Assembly (NCBI RefSeq): GCF_030028105.1
Contig: NC_092395.1
Location: 44,110,459 to 44,174,458 of the forward strand
Origin: Mobula birostris
Taxonomy: Eukaryota
Length of the DNA: 64,000 nucleotides
Reading direction: 5' to 3'
Position numbers and translations under genes: made by a program. Shown piece after piece: positions 1 through 12,420 of this stretch. Each line of letters begins with the position of its first letter. Positions within the stretch are counted from its first letter, which is position 1. The notes beneath the pieces are model-generated. The model ran no database searches and had not been told where the DNA came from. It saw only the letters and a program-made list of their open reading frames with translations.

Positions 1-2109
1 CGAGCCTGTCCAACTAAATCGAGAGTGAGGAGTAATCGATGGAAAGGTTGGGTACAGATTGGAATGTGGCAGCAGAGCCCAGGCCCAGAAGGAGTTGACG
101 TGACAGGGCTTGGGTCCGAGAGTGAGGAATGCCCCGATGTCTGGATGATTTCATCGTCAAACTGAAGGTATGGGTGGGGTCTGTTCTGATTGCTGCTCCG
201 AGGCTGAGGCTGTGGGCCTGCTACAACTGGTCCAGCCTTCGTGTCTGAGGGACCCACAACGTTTTACTTTGGCAGGTGATGAACTAGGCCTGCAGCTGTG
301 GGCTTTGTGTCTATGGACTCACTTTCCTTCTTAATGCTGTTTACTTGTTTTAATTGTTTGCACAATTTACTTCTATTTCTTTCTCTGAATATTGAGTGTC
401 TGTTCCATTTTCTCACTGGGTCCTTTTGGGTTTCTTGCTTTGTGGCTGTCTCTAAAGATACACATCTCAAAGTTGTATAATATATACATACTTCAAGCAT
501 AAATATACTTTGAAATTTTTATATGTTTTTAATTGCCTGCTATTGATTTTTAAAAGCTTCTAAATCTATTAATTTCCGAGTAACTATTGCAATCTCAGTT
601 GCCCTCTCTTTTGCTTTTAAGGCTGTACTGTGCTGTCATGTTCTATTCCGAATGTTCTATGTAAAAATATGTACAATGTTTGCAAGTCAGACTGTCAATA
701 TCTTACTTTTATGGTATAAACTTAGTAAAGAAATTAAAAAGTGATTCAGTATCTGTTCAAAAAAAATTTAAGTAGGCTTGCTGATTCTTTAAAATTAATT
801 TCTGGGACCTGGGCATCGCTGGCAGGCACAGTATCATTTACTCATCGTTTCAGAGAGGGATGGTGAACTGTGGTCTTGTACTGCTGCTGTCCTTCTGGGG
901 AAGGTGCTCCAACAGTGATATCAGGGAGGATGTTCCTGAACTTAGGTGAAGGATCAGCGATATATTTTCAGATCTCAATGTTGTCACAGTTAGAGGGGAA
1001 CCTGCAGGTGGTAGTGTTCCTCTGAATCTTATACACTTGCCCAGCCTTTTTTACAGAATGCCAAGGACCCCTACCATTAACCGAGATGTCCATGGACCCC
1101 AGGTTTGGAACCCCTGCTTTAGTGGTCGAGATGGTGGTTTGGGAGGTGAGTACATAAATGAACTGCGTCTTGAAGATATTCCACACTGCAGTTGTAGTGA
1201 GTTGGTTGTGGAGGGAATAATAGAGGAATAATTCTAGATTGTAGTAATCAAGAGGATTGTTGTGTCAAAGGTGATGTTAAACTCCTTGAGAGTTGTCAAA
1301 ACTGAAGTGGAGAGTATTCAGTAATTGGAGAGATTCAGGTAAGTGGAGAGAATTCTTATGTAAGTACATTTTTACTAATTTGCTAAATTACATTGAACTG
1401 AAGTCCCACTCTACATCTCATCTTAATTTTCTGTTCCTATCATTTCAATGGAAAGGAAACCAAGCTTTGGCGATGTTACTGAGTGGGAGGGGGTTCAATT
1501 CACTGTCACCCAGTTAAACCATCAGACTTATTTAACATTTCCTTCTCTCAGTATTCAGTGAAAATTCTATGGGGTGAGGTGACTCAGAAAACTAAACATC
1601 GCACAATTTGTGAGACAATTTGTGTTTTGGCTGCCACAGCAGAAGAAAACAAGATAATGTCCCTATAAGCAGTAGAGTGTCTGACAGAATTTTAAAGTAA
1701 AATCAGGTAGAGCAGAAACTATGATATTTGGGTAGTGTGGTATAAAAAGCAGGTGTAATCATCTTGTCTCAGCTCTGGGCCATCTCTCTCCTTAAAATAA
1801 CACTTCATTTCCTCCTGGGGCAGCAGATGTTTGTTATTTTCTCACATAAATGGCTGAAGATCTGAGCTGCACCAAAGCTACATTTTTTTAAATGATGAGG
1901 CAATTTTTATATTTAAAATTATATTATAAAAATGGTTTCTTTCCACCATGGTACCATGGCTTATAATGGCCAATTCATTTGCACTGTATTAGATAACTCT
2001 CCCCTTCCATTCATAGCTTAGTCATAGCTAATTTATAATACTGTAACCTGATTGGTGCAGGACCAACTCACTGCATCCTTTTCTCAAACAATAATCTTTC
2101 TGCATTAAA

Positions 2110-2430
2110 AGGAATACAGTTGTGTTTCAGTGCAATTTGGCTATCACCGCAATAGGTCTGTGGCTGGTGCAAATTCAAAGACTGCGTGCAGCCTCAGATC
2201 GGCTGGACAATACAAACACCCAAGTCAGGATGTTGTTCATTGACTATCGCCCAGTGTTTAACACAATCATTCCGACTGTCCTCATCGAAAAGCTACAGAA
2301 ACTGGTACTACGTACCTCTCTCTGCAATTGGATCCTTGACTTTCCAACTGGAATCTGTGCAGTTTGATAATAACGTCTCTTCCTCATTGACAATCAGCTC
2401 AGGTACATGTCAAAGATATATGAAACCATA
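2110..2430 (+). mobile_element. Rex1/Babar-type LINE RT fragment (5' part, split by a CR1 insertion)
   Basis: ORF 2122-2367 contains [35 protein letters not shown], typical of Rex/Babar RT; the reading continues at about 4166. Confidence 0.8.
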
Positions 2431-4165
2431 GAAAACCATAGAAAAACTACAGCACAGAAACAGGCCTTTTGGCCCTTCTTGGCTATGCTGAACCATTTTC
2501 TGCCAAGTCCCACTGACCTGCACAAGGACCATATCCCTCCATACACCTCCCATCCATGTATCTGTCCAATTTATTCTTAAATGTTAAAAAAAACCCTCAT
2601 TTACCACCTCGTCTGGCAGCTCATTCCATACTCCCACCACTCTCTGTGTGAAGAAGCCCCCCTAATGTTCCCTTTAAACTTTCCTCCCTCACCCTTAACC
2701 CATGTCCTCTGGTTTTTATTTCCCCTTGCCTCACTGGAAAAAGCCTGCTTGCATTCATTCTATCTATACCCATCATAACTTTATATACCTCTATCAAATC
2801 TCCCCTCATTCTTCTACGCTCCAGGGAATAAAGTCCTAACCTATTCAACCTTTCTCTGTAACTGAGTTTCTCAAGTCCCGGCAACATCCTTGTAAGCCTT
2901 CTCTGCACTCTTTCAACCTTATTTATATCCTTCCTGTAATTTGGTGACCAAACTGAACACAATACTCCAGATTCGACCTCACCAATGCCTTATGCAACCT
3001 CATCATAACATTCCAGCTCTTATACTCAATACTTTGATTAATAAAGGCCAATGTACCAAAAGCTCTCTTTACAACCCTATCGACCTGTGACGCCACTTTT
3101 AGGGAATTTTGTATCTGTATTCCCAGATTCCTCTGCTCTACTGCACTCCTCAGTGCCTTACCATTAACCCTGTATGTTCTACCTTGGTTTGTCCTTCCAA
3201 CGTGCAATACCTCACACTTGTCTGTATTAAACTCCATCTGCCATTTTTCAGCCCATTTTTCCAGCTTGTCCAAGTCCCCCTGCAGGCTCTGAAAACCTTC
3301 CTCACTGTCTACTACACCTCCAATCTTTGTATCATCAGCAAATTTGCTAATCCAATTTACCACATTATCATCCAGATCATTAATATAGATGACAAATAAC
3401 AATGGACCCAGCACTGATCCCTGTGGCACACCACTAGTCACAGGCCTCCACTCAGAGAAGCAATTCTCTACCACCACTCTTTGGCTTCTACCATTGAGCC
3501 AACGTCTAATTCAATTTACCACCTCTCCATGTATACCTAGCGACTGAATTTTCCTAACTAACCTCCCATGCGGAACCTTGTCAAAGGTCTTACTAAAGTC
3601 GACGTAGACAATATCCACTGCCTTCCCTTCAACCACTTTCCTGGTAAACTTGTCGAAAAACTCCAATAGATTGGTCAAACATGACCTACCACGCACAAAG
3701 CCATGTTGCCTCTCCCTAATAAGTCCCTGTCTATCCAAATGCTTGTAGATTCTGTCTCTTAGTACTCCCTCCAATAACTTACCTACTACCAACGTTAAAC
3801 TTACCAGCCTAAAATTTCCCGGGTTACTTCTCGATCCTTTTTTAAACAACCGAACAACATGAATCACTCTACAATCCTCCGGCACCTCACCTGTAGACAG
3901 CGACATTTTAAATATTTCTGCCAGGGCCCCTGTAATTTCAACACTAGTCTCCTTCAAGGTCCGAGGGAACACCCTGTCAGGTCCCGGGGATTTATCCACT
4001 TTAATTTTCCTCAAGACAGCAAGCATCTCCTCCTTTTCAGTCTGTACAGTTTCCATGATCTCACTACTTGTTTTCCTTAACTCCATAGACTTCATGCCAG
4101 TTTCCTTAGTAAATACAGACGCAAAAAACCTATTTAAGATCTCCCCCATTTCCTTTGGTTCCACT
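2431..4165 (-). mobile_element. CR1 LINE, 5'-truncated, RT broken by stops/frameshifts
   Basis: ORFs 3511-4164, 2923-3477 and 2621-2962 ([51 protein letters not shown]); short tandem (CATAGAAAAC) tail near 2430. Confidence 0.95.
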
Positions 4166-4870
4166 TAACCTACTGCTCTGTTCTCTTTAGACTCACAGAC
4201 TGTGTGGCTGGGCATAGCTCAACTGCCATCTGTACATTTGCTGATGATACAACCATTGTTGGCAGAATCTCACATGGAGACGAGAGGGTGTACAAAAATG
4301 AGATATACCAGCTAGATGAGTGATGTCGCCACAACCACCTTGCACTCAACGTTTGTAAGATGATAAAGCTAATTGTAGACTTCGGGAAGGGTAAAATAAG
4401 GGATCACAAAGAAATCCTCAGAGAGGGATGTGAAGTGGAGAGAGTAAGCAATTTCAAGCTCCTGGGTATCAAGGTTTCTTATTATTTAACCTGGTCCCAA
4501 CCTATCAATTCAGCTATAAAGAATGCAAGACAGTGGTAATAATTTATTAGGAGTTTGTGGAGATTTGGTTTGTCACCTAAGACACTTGAAAACTTCTACA
4601 ACTGTCCTGTCGAGAGCACTCCGAAAGGCAACATCACTGTCTGGTTTGGGGGTGGGAGGGTTCGACTGCACAGGATCGAAAGAAGCTACAGAAAGTTGTG
4701 AAATTGGTCACCTTCATAATGGGGTCTAGCCTTCGTAGTATACAAAACACCTTCAAGGAGCGATGCGTCTGAACGGCGGCGTCCGTTGTTAAGGATCCAC
4801 ATCACCCAGTACATGCCCCCTTTTCATTCTTACCATCAGAAAGGAGGTACAGCAGCCTGAAGGAGCGCGA
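4166..4870 (+). mobile_element. Rex1/Babar-type LINE RT fragment (3' part)
   Basis: Translates to PLLFSL..HSSTAICTFADDTTIVGRIS..; directly continues the 2110-2430 piece. Confidence 0.8.
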
Positions 4871-4875
4871 GCTCA

Positions 4876-4882
<7 letters not shown>

Positions 4883-4939
<57 letters not shown>
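4883..4939. repeat. (CA)n microsatellite
   Basis: Direct reading of the sequence. Confidence 0.99.
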
Positions 4940-4941
<2 letters not shown>

Positions 4942-5249
4942 TTCTTGAACACCTTCTTCCCCTCTGAATTCCGAAATTCTAAATGAACATTGAGCCCATG
5001 ACTTGACTTCTTAATTATTTCTGTTTTTGCACTATTTTTAATTTAATTATTTAATATACTTATGTACACCGATTGTAATATCTATTAATTATTTTTTCCA
5101 AAATTTATTATGCATTGCATTGTACTGTTTCCACGTAGCTAACAACTTTCAAGACAGTAAACCTGGTTCTGATTCTGAAAACTTTTTCCTGTCCATCCAG
5201 TGATGTCAATAATGAATGCCATGCGCTCTCAACTCTGACTTTTTCTTCC

Positions 5250-5720
5250 ATCATATCTTCCCATCACTACAAGATGCTTGAGCATCTCTTTCCTCACTAA
5301 ATGTCCCAGAAATTACAGCTGCCATTTCCTGAATTGATGATATCAGCTCTGTTCTTATTCCTGCTTTACCCAACACTAATTTGCTGCACTGTGCTTTCAT
5401 GATATTTAAATTCATTCTTCTGAAAAACCACATTTCTGCAGCTCCTGAAAATGAGTCATATTGTCCAACACTTGATCTGTATGTTAGTGTGGAATGAACG
5501 CAGCACCAGAACACTACCCAGTGTAGCAGTTTGATTCACAGATAAAATACTGGAAACAAACACACAACAGTGTTGCCTTAACAATAACTGACGTGTTCCA
5601 TTATATTTTAGATCAAGTCTCCATGTAAGATGTTTTTCAAAGAGGACTCTGCTGCAAGCAGAATATCTCAGTTTCTTTCTCTGGGGAACAGCTGCCAATA
5701 AAAGGATTTTTCTTGAACAG
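5250..5720 (-). mobile_element. RTE-clade LINE fragment, degraded
   Basis: ORF 5251-5514 AAEMWFFRRMNLNI..LGKAGIRTELISSI resembles the RTE C-terminal region. Confidence 0.65.
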
Positions 5721-5744
5721 CATAAAATTATGGAGGAACTCAGC

Positions 5745-6220
5745 AAGTCATTCTATATGTATGGGGAGGAATAAGTGGTCCAGGTTTTGAGCCAAGGCCA
5801 TTCATTAGGATTGGAAAGGAAGTTAGTAGAGGCTAAAATAAGAAAATGGGTTTTGGGATGAAATATAAACTGGCAGGTGGGATGAAATATGAAACCAGGT
5901 GAGGCAAACAGTGGGCGAGTTGGGGAGGGGAATGAAGTAAGAATCTGGGACATGATGGGTGGAATGCCGAAACGAGGAGGAACCTGATAGAAGAGAACAG
6001 TGCACCATGGGAAGGATGGAGGGGAAATAGAGGAAGCTGAGTAGAAGGTAAGGAGAAGGGAAAGGGTGATTGGGAAAACAGAAAGGGGAATGGAAAAAGA
6101 GGGAAAAGTGAGGGGAATTAAGTTACTGGAAGTTATAGAAATTGATGATTCTCAAACATCATGTTGGAGGCTACCGAGACAGAATAAGAAGTGTTGCTCC
6201 TTCAACCTGAGTGTGTCACA
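5745..6220 (-). mobile_element. Penelope-like element 3' fragment
   Basis: Purine-rich pLTR-type sequence; the GIY-YIG end (caacctgag...gaagttatagaaattgatg) matches the better copy at 16.9-17.2 kb. Confidence 0.7.
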
Positions 6221-7344
6221 TTTGCCATTTACTTTCATTTCCTGGAATCTGGTTGTAGAACCTCCTCCAATAAGAATAGTCTCTGCCTTTAGACTCTGTC
6301 TGCATGCTTAATGATTTTTTTAAGAAATCTACTAACAGGTCACATTGAAACCTTCTCAGCTTCCCCGTCTGTGCAGAAAAACAGAGTGCCTTGCATTTTC
6401 ATTGGATATTAAAGGCTCGGTCAAGCATTTATTGAATCAACTGCTCTTGAGAAGGTGGTGATGAGCTGCCTTCTTGAAACTCTGCAATTTCTCTGAGAAA
6501 CTATTCCCACAGTAATAGTGAATGGGAAGATCCAGGAATTAGATTTAATTAAGATCCATAAATTTATGTCCTGCCAGTTGTGTAATTTCAAAGTGAACCT
6601 ACTGATGGTGGTACTCTGTGCTACATTCTAACCTGATCATATTGGTAGTAAAACTCACAGATTTAGGAGGTGTAGTTGGAGTAGCCTGAAGAAGTAACAG
6701 CAGGATATTTTATAAATGGATCACACTGCATCCATTGTACACCAGTGTTGAGGAAATGAAATTTCATGACTGTGGATGGGTGCCAATCGGCTGGGCTTCC
6801 ATTTCCCGATGGTATTAAGCTTTTAGAATATTGTTGTGGCTGGACTTATCTCTACAAATAGAGAGGTCCATGCTGTTCATGGGACTCAAAGCAGCAGAAA
6901 TGCAGTGTGATGGTTACTTACTTAATCCCATCACATCTACGGGGGCATAGACCACCGACAGCAGCTTGTCAGGGTCCTCTGTCCTGTGCCAGGACTTTAA
7001 GTTTTCCCCATGTCTAACCCACCTTCGAAGATCCTGTCTCTCCCAGGGATGAAAACCCTGGAGTTTCTGCTGGAGTTTCTGTACCTCTGGGTTTTCACAG
7101 GATGACGTTGCTAGCCCCATGCCCAATCCTACTCCAATCACAGCTGGGCTTAGGATCATCCATTGCAGAGTTTTTGTGATCGTGATGGCACGAAGTGCAA
7201 AGGTTCATAGTTCAAAACATTCTTCATGGACATGCACGATATTTTTGTCATCTGAACATTACTTGAAATTTACCAGCCCATACCTGAATGTGATGGTGAT
7301 GTAAAACCGGGAAATCAAATCAGCTCCTGCATATGTCTTCCCTT

Positions 7345-7560
7345 GTCAACACACACAAACTGCTGGAGGAACTCAGCAGGCCAGGCAGCATCTATGGAAA
7401 GGAGTACAATCGATGTTTCAGGCTCAGACCCTTCACCAGGACTGGAGAAAATGATGAGGAGTCAGAGTAAGACGGTTGGGGTGGTGGTGGGAGTTGATGA
7501 AGAAACACAAGCTGATGGGTGAAACCAGGGAGGGGTGAAGTAAAGAGCTGGAAGGTTGAT
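7345..7560 (-). mobile_element. Penelope-like pLTR with degenerate hammerhead motif
   Basis: Minus strand 7445-7407 reads CAGTC-CTGGTGA-agggtctgagcct-GAAAC-ATC-GATTG. Confidence 0.75.
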
Positions 7561-8212
7561 CAGTGAAAAAGATCGTTGGACCTGTACTCACTGAATGAAA
7601 TGAATTTGTGGGGTAGGGGTGTGGTGATCTCAGTGAAACCTACAGAATGTTGAAAGGACGAGATAAGGTGGATGTGCAGGAGATGTTTCCAACAGTGAGG
7701 GTGTCCAGAATTAGAGGACACGGCATCAGAATTGAAGGGTGACCCTTTAGGACAGAGGTAAGGAGGATTTTTTTTTGCCAGACAGTAGTAAATCTGTGGA
7801 ATTCTTGGCCACAGACTGCGGTGGAGGCCAAGGCTGTGGGCATATATTTAAAGTGTAAGTTGTCAGTTTTCTAATTGGTCAGGGTACAAAGGTTATGGCA
7901 AGAAGGCAGGTGTTTTGGTTTGAGTGGGATCCAGGATCAGCCATGATGGAATGGCAGAACAGACTTGATGGGCTGAATGGCCTAATTCTGCTCTTATGTC
8001 TTATAGTCTTATGGTCTTATACAGGGCTGGAGAAGGGGGAATCTGCTGGGAGAGGACAGAAAGCTTGAAAGAAAGAAAAGGGGGAGGAGCACCAGAGGGA
8101 GCTAATGAGTAGGTAAGGAGATAAAGTGAGAGAGGAAAATGGGAATGGGAAAGGTGAAGGAGGGCATTACTGGAAGTTGGATACCGGAAGTCTTCTCTTG
8201 ATCCCATTCCAG

Positions 8213-8561
8213 ATTCCGAGCCCTTCAATAAAACTTCCTGAGCTGTGAGTTGAGGAAATCTCTGCTAAAGCAGTGGGCACTTTAGTTTGCCTGGTCAGTA
8301 ACTGTCAGTGTCCTTCCATCTCGTCAGCTGGACAGTGGTCGGGTGTCCAACAAGCAGTGAGGAGCAAACCAGCGCGGCGAAGCGGAGCTCAACAGCTTCA
8401 GTTTCAGCAGCTACCTGACAGTGCCCGGTATAGAGTGGAGCATTTGGAGGGAGTGCACCTTCCCACTGCTCCAGTCTGTGCCGGGCAACATGAGGTAGAT
8501 GCTGAGCTCAACAAGCAGCAGCCCCGACAGCATCTGCATAGTGAGACAATCCAGCTGTTAA
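8213..8561 (+). pseudogene. Ig light-chain constant exon pseudogene (orphan)
   Basis: Acceptor cccattccAG at 8211-8212. Reads PSPSIKLPEL*VEEISAKAVGTLVCLVS..VSWTV..SFSFSSYLTVPGIEW..QSSC* (TAA 8559-8561). Clearly paralogous to the C exons at 37.0-37.4 and 44.7-45.0 kb. In-frame TGA at 8246-8248, frameshifts, and the second-Cys region is replaced. Confidence 0.93.
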
Positions 8562-8879
8562 ACAGAGCGTGGCTTCAGCTCGTTCACTTCCTCCATCACT
8601 CTGTGCTCGCTTTCTCTTCACTGTACATTGCATTTCTGTTCCGCTCTGTGGCTTCCACTATTGTCTGGAATATTTGTAGCCAAGGGTGATTTTGTTCTGT
8701 TTCTCCCACCGAGAGGCTACACAGGGTTTAAGTTCGCTAATTACTTGACTTCATTGGAAATTTCAACTAATGAATGGTTTTCTCTGGCTTTGGGGTGGAT
8801 ATAATTAAAATAATTAATATGTGTTTTTATGAGTCATCATCAGTGTTGCATTGACAGCCGGTAACGGCGAATGACTAAC

Positions 8880-8885
8880 AATAAA
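8880..8885 (+). terminator. polyA signal of the orphan C exon
   Basis: AATAAA in the context ctaacAATAAAggtgatcattgca, homologous to the polyA contexts at 36682-36687 and 44338-44343. Confidence 0.8.
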
Positions 8886-8959
8886 GGTGATCATTGCATG
8901 TATGATTCCAATGTGTGGGATTCCTCATTTCAGCTGTTCTTCCCATTTTGACATCGAGG

Positions 8960-9330
8960 AGCAGGTGGCAGGAGGGATGGGGGTGAGGAATGATAGGTGA
9001 GAGACAATGGGTGAGGGTTAAGGGATGATGGGTGAGGGATGAGGGATGAGGGTTCTGTGATGTGGGATGAGAGATGATGGATGAGAGATGTTGGATGATG
9101 TGTGAGGGATGAGGGATCCAGAATTTGGATGAGGGGTGAGGGATGAGGATTGGGTGAGGGATGAGGGGTGAGGGGTGTGGGATGGTGGGTGAGAGAAGAT
9201 GGGTGAGGGATGAGGGATCCAGAACAGGGATGGGGGTGAGGGAAGATGGGTGAGGAACCAGGGATAAGGGGTGTCGGAGACAGGATGTGGAATGTGGGAT
9301 AAGGAAACTGTGATAGGGATAAGGGATGAG
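8960..9330 (+). repeat. G-rich degenerate (GGGATGA)n-like low-complexity tract
   Basis: Repeated gatgagggatgaggg / gatgggtgaggga units. Confidence 0.9.
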
Positions 9331-9599
9331 GAATGAGACTCAGCTCTCTGCATCGGTGCGCTCCTGATTCCTGTGAAGTGAGAGAAAATTGCTTCACTGT
9401 GCCAGCTTTTGACACTGAATAGCAGGAAAGAAGGACGGGAAGTCCGATTGCAGTAATGAGAACTTCAGCGATAAGCATTTTGCTGAGTTGCTCACAATGA
9501 ACGATATGGCAGTAGGAAACTGGGAAACAAAAAGAGAGATACAGAATTAGGTGGACAATGCAGGGACCCGTGTGGCCACTCAATCAGTAACACACATAC

Positions 9600-11150
9600 C
9601 TCCTTGAGTAATATTCGGGCTGTGACCTTTCAGTGGGTTACAGCAGCAGTTACTGGCACTGTAACCAGCTGACACGATCAGGGAAAGAGGGTGCGGTCAA
9701 TTTGAGCGACTGTGATCGGAGAATTGTTAGTTTGGGGCAGACAGTGGCTTTGGTAACTGCAAAGGAGACAACAAGATGGTGTGTTACCCTTTAGGTGTTA
9801 GCATCTAACAGCAGTCGCAGAACCTTCACTTGGAGGACAGTAAAAGGCCAGAGTCATTGGGCAGATTGGTACAAACACGATGGACACAAAATGGAATGAG
9901 GTCCTTCACGGTAAGTATTGGGAGTTGGGAAATAATTTAAAAAGAAAGCCCTCCTGGGTAGTAATCCTGAATTACACCTAATGCACTTACTACTGACAGC
10001 AGGGACTCAGCAATAGGGACAAACATGCATGGCTAAGGAACTGGCGAAGGGCACGGTGATTCAGGTTCTTGGATCATTGGGATCTTTTCTGGGACAAAAT
10101 TGACCTGTAGAAGATCGATCGGATGTACCTGACCTGGAAGGTGAACAATATTCTGTCAGAGAGCTTCGTTGGTGCTACTCGATTTCAACTAGATCAACAG
10201 GGGAGTGTGACACCTGAGCAGCAAAGAAGCGGATGAGAATTTAGAGAAAATACTGTTGCTCCTGAGAGAGATGTCAGTGGTCAGGATCGCTAGGGAAACA
10301 ATAAAGGCAAAAGGAAGGACCGTAGTATGGAACTGTGTTTCAGTCAATGCGAGAGACTGAACAGGGAAGGTGGATGGGTGGATTTGCTCTGAGGAGTGGA
10401 TGTTATTGCCTAGCAGAAAGATGACTGAGGGAAGGGCAGGTCTGGTGACTTGATGCTACAGGACACAGATGCTACAGGCATGATAGAGGTGCAGGTATGA
10501 GAGGAGTGGGAGTTGTCATTCTGATGGGAGAGGACATAATAACGGTGGTTAAAGAAGATAATCCTAGGTGATCATCAAATGAGGTCATTGCGGTGGAACC
10601 TAGAAACATGAATTCGATGGTTACTATAATGAGATGTTTTTTCTTACATGTCCTGTTAATCAGTGCTAATTAAGGGTACTGATGTGTATAGAGCTGGCAG
10701 ATAGTTGTAAGAGAAATAGGACAGAATTAATAGGAGTTTTTAATTTCCACACATAGTGCAAAGGACTTGGGAAAGATGGAGCTTGTCAAATGTATCCAAT
10801 AAGGTTCCCTTAGTCATTATCAAGAAGCCCCTAATAGAGAGAGCACAAAACTGATCCTATTCTGATGGAATAAGGTCAGGCACATCAAGTGTCAATTGGT
10901 GAGCACTTTGTGTCTAGTAACCTTAATTGTGCTAGTTTGTTTATATTGTGAAGTGAAAATATGATTAGTCCTGAACTTAGACAGGGCAGGTTTTGGAGGG
11001 AGAAGGCTAAGTCTTACCAAGGTCGATTGGGCGAGGCAGCTTGCTGGAGATGGGACAAATGTAACATGGGAAGATTTTAAAAGTGTTTCATCAAGTGTCC
11101 CCAGATGGTATGTTCCTCTTGGAATGCAAGGCATGGCTGACAAGTGTTGG
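9600..11150 (+). mobile_element. Old, degraded CR1 (ORF1 esterase remnant and endonuclease remnant)
   Basis: Similarity by eye to the ORF1/endonuclease parts of the better CR1 copies in this window; no long ORF. Confidence 0.55.
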
Positions 11151-11389
11151 TAATTTCAGCTGACAAACAGTATTAGACTCTTATTAGGGAAAGAGAGGCA
11201 TACATTTGGTCTATCAACAACAAGTGAGGCCTTCGAATTAGAACTAGAATTAGAATTGTATTTCTTACATCCATTTCACAACATGAGGGGTTGAGAAAAA
11301 CCTTTATGTTGCATCCCTGTCACTATGTGAAAGGAATACGGAAGGAAAAAGTAGGACAATATGTACAGTCAGATATGTCATCAGATCAA

Positions 11390-12420
11390 TGTGTATTGAT
11401 CAACCTAATGGCCTGTTGAAGGAAGCTGCCCTGGATCCTATTAGTCCTGGTCTGAATGCTGCCGTACGTTTTGCCAGATGAAAGCAGCTGAAACAGTTTG
11501 TGGTCAGGGTGGCTCCATCCCCTGATGATCTTCCAGACCCTTTTCATGCACCTGCTACAGTCAGTGTACTGAATAGAGGAAAGTTCACATCCACAGATGC
11601 ACTGGGCTGTCTATACCACAGAGACACAAACAGTCAAGATGCTCTCAATGGTGCCCCTGTAGAAAGTCCTGAGGGTTTGAGGACACATGCCTACCTTCTT
11701 CAGCAGACTGATGTGAAAGAGGCGCTGTTTGGAAATATTCACCCTCTCAACTACCGTCCCACTGATATCAGTAAGGCCTAGGTTGTCTCCATTCCTGCTG
11801 TAATCCATGATCAGCTTCTTTGTTTTTTTCAACACTGAGGGAGAGGCTGTTTTCTTGGCACCACTGTGTCAGGGCATTGACTTCTCCTCTATAGGCTGAC
11901 CCATCATTGTTGGAAATAAGGCCTATCAATGTTGTGTCATCTGCACATTTGATCAGCAGACTGGAGCTGTGCAAGGGAACACAGTTATGGCAGGGCAGTA
12001 TAGTGCATAGTGGAAGGGGCTCAGGACACAGCACTGGGGAGCCCCTGTGTTGAGGGTCAAAGGGGCAGAGGTGAGGGAGCTCATCCTTACCACCTGCCGA
12101 TGATCCAACAGCAATACCAGGATACAGCTGCAATAGGCAGGGTGCAGGCTGAGGTCTCTGAGCTTCTTCTCAAGGCTGGGGGGAGTTATGGTGTTGAGTG
12201 ATGAACTGTAGTCTAAGGAAGCATTCTAACATTAACATCTGTCTTCTCCAGGCGAGTGAGGACCGTTTGTTGTACTGTGGCTTTGGCATCATCTGTTGAT
12301 CGGTTGTGTCAGGAGGCAAATTGTAGGGGGTCCAGTGTGGATGGTAGTATGCTGCAGATGTAGTCCTTCACCAGCCTCTCAAAGCATCTGCTTATGATTG
12401 AGGTGAGTGCGTCAGGAGAC
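11390..12420 (-). mobile_element. Rex1/Babar-type LINE RT fragment
   Basis: ORF 11768-12133 LLIKCADDTTLIGLISNNDGSAYRGEVNALTQWCQENSLSLSV; ORF 11611-11835 TFYRGTIESILT. Confidence 0.85.

Noticed and set aside
8930-9583. 217-aa Pro/His/Ser-rich ORF (and similar ORFs at 59043-59345)
   Set aside because: A by-product of low-complexity repeats lacking stop codons
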